Virus record (IMG/VR): IMGVR_UViG_3300010345_001206
Reading direction: 5' to 3' (one strand)
Source of the DNA: a virus
Length of the DNA stretch: 33,362 nucleotides
Under the pieces are notes generated by a model, which worked only from the letters and a program-made list of their open reading frames with translations, searched no databases and was not told the DNA's origin. Each line of letters begins with the position of its first letter. The stretch's first letter is position 1. A program made the position numbers and the translations under genes. Of the stretch, positions 32,285 to 33,362 are shown in pieces.

Positions 32285-32571
32285 CCTAATTCTAATTTTT
32301 TTATTAAATCTATGGGACAAAGAACTTTTGTATTTTCCCCCTTGTTTCCAAAGGACCCAATCATTTCTGCAGAAACCACTATTTTTTTAATGGCTTCATC
32401 CTGACAATTATCCGATAGAATGCTAATAATTCCCACAACCCCTAATTCATTATTTTCCTCATAATGATCAAATATTCCAGCACCCTCAGAGCTTATAACA
32501 TTATCTCCATGTACAAACCCATATTTCGAGAAATATTTTTCTTCTAACTCCTTATTCTTATTTGTGAACAT
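32281..32571 (-). CDS. Hypothetical protein
   Basis: 96-aa ORF. Confidence 0.65.
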   Translation of the reverse strand: MFTNKNKELEEKYFSKYGFVHGDNVISSEGAGIFDHYEENNELGVVGIISILSDNCQDEAIKKIVVSAEMIGSFGNKGENTKVLCPIDLIKKLELG

Positions 32572-32740
32572 TTTTTAATATATTAAATTTACATTTTCGT
32601 CTATGACTTCTTCTAAATTGTCTTGCATTTATTTCTTTATGGCAAAAAGGACAAATAGTTTTATTTTCAATACTCTTTTGATAATTTGAAATATTCTTTT
32701 TATGTTCTGGGGATAAATAACGACCTGTTAAAGATTTTTG

Positions 32741-33115
32741 TCAAAATAACGGATGTATGTTTATCTTTTCATCATCATCACCTGGTTTCCATTCAGGAAC
32801 TTCAATGCCAAGATTTTCTTCAAGCCATGAAGCTACGATTCTCCTATGACAAAATTCCCCCGGAGCTTCCCAACATAAAAGAACCTGGCCTCTTAGAGTT
32901 TCATAAACCTCCCGAGGATTGAGTTTTTTAAGAACCTGTTCTCGATACTGCCTCTCATATTCTTTGTCGTCAATTTGATCTGCTTTTCTTGCAAAGAATA
33001 AAGGGCGAGGAGGTTCTAAAGCAGGGAACTGAGCCCCGAACCAATCCAAAGGAGGATATAAACAAATAGCAACTCCTTGATCCCCTTTATATATTTTGAA
33101 ATTACTCGTTTTCAT
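32741..33115 (-). CDS. DUF488-like protein
   Basis: MKTSNF, LEPP, YERQYREQVL, LLCWEAPGEFCHRRIVASWL. Confidence 0.75.
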   Translation of the reverse strand: MKTSNFKIYKGDQGVAICLYPPLDWFGAQFPALEPPRPLFFARKADQIDDKEYERQYREQVLKKLNPREVYETLRGQVLLCWEAPGEFCHRRIVASWLEENLGIEVPEWKPGDDDEKINIHPLF

Positions 33116-33362
33116 TTTCTACTTCGTTCTCTTCGATTTCATCATAGAGCTGGATAATCTTTCTATATTCTGCTACTAAATCTTCCGGAGCTTCAAGTAT
33201 TTCTACTTTGTCCCATATTTCCTGCAGACCAAATTCGGGATCCTCTTTTAGTTCTTGCCTCAATGAGTCAATATCTCTCTCATCTGGTTTATTTTCATAT
33301 CCACAAAAATGCAAAATACTCTTGTCTCCTTCTCGGGGATCGACAACAATAAGGCCGAAGTT
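33102..33362 (-). CDS. Acidic hypothetical protein, 5' end probably outside the window
   Basis: The frame of the 33102-33314 ORF stays open to base 33362 (NFGLIVVDPREGDKSILHFCGY...). Confidence 0.65.
   Translation of the reverse strand, partial: NFGLIVVDPREGDKSILHFCGYENKPDERDIDSLRQELKEDPEFGLQEIWDKVEILEAPEDLVAEYRKIIQLYDEIEENEVENENE

Noticed and set aside
458-32922. Numerous 60-136-aa plus-strand ORFs and nested minus-strand ORFs in the ORF track
   Set aside because: They lie antisense to or inside well-supported genes, are low-complexity (F/S/L/I-rich mirrors of E/K-rich genes) and show no motifs. Treated as shadow ORFs; only 8068-9114 was accepted on the plus strand.
1-33362. Stop-codon reassignment, as in some large phages
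   Set aside because: gp46, gp47, gp41, UvsX, gp52 and the helicase are full length in the standard code, and TAA, TAG and TGA all end genes. The phoH and polymerase truncations are not rescued by read-through.
1-33362. tRNA, rRNA or tmRNA genes
   Set aside because: Intergenic gaps are short and none shows a cloverleaf or T-loop GTTCRA signature in a suitable context.

Overview
A 33.4-kb AT-rich segment of a large T4-like (myovirus/jumbo-type) phage genome in the standard genetic code. All credible genes are on the minus strand except one plus-strand zinc-finger PD-(D/E)xK homing-endonuclease-like gene. Recognisable core genes: gp15-like tail terminator, DinG/XPD-type Fe-S helicase, gp46/gp47 (Rad50/Mre11-like) nuclease, gp41 helicase, UvsX recombinase, the C-terminal part of a split family-B DNA polymerase, gp45 clamp, gp52 topoisomerase subunit and a probable gp33. 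Nucleotide/NAD-handling accessory genes are interleaved (2 MazG-like, 2 nucleoside-deoxyribosyltransferase-like, Nudix, metallophosphoesterase, Cys-less QueF-like, NADAR, DUF488-like, truncated PhoH). TAnnTTTG promoter-like motifs and the absence of Shine-Dalgarno sites suggest a Bacteroidota host. Three main observations. (1) A gene (9903-10742) sits in a self-contained unit bracketed by a perfect 14-bp inverted repeat, with a three-way-junction 5' leader, so it could be invertible or its mRNA ends could pair. (2) Four ORFs share an N-terminal F[EI]RGx[DN]PKx[SA]Mx[IL]G leader fused to different C-terminal cargoes, three of them in tandem. They belong to a wider cohort with [VIL]-x-E putative prohead-protease sites and NATAAATA late-type promoters, suggesting a modular capsid-packaged effector system. 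(3) A decayed remnant of the same homing-endonuclease family lies at 1701-1825. All assignments come from motif recognition by eye; no database searches were run.
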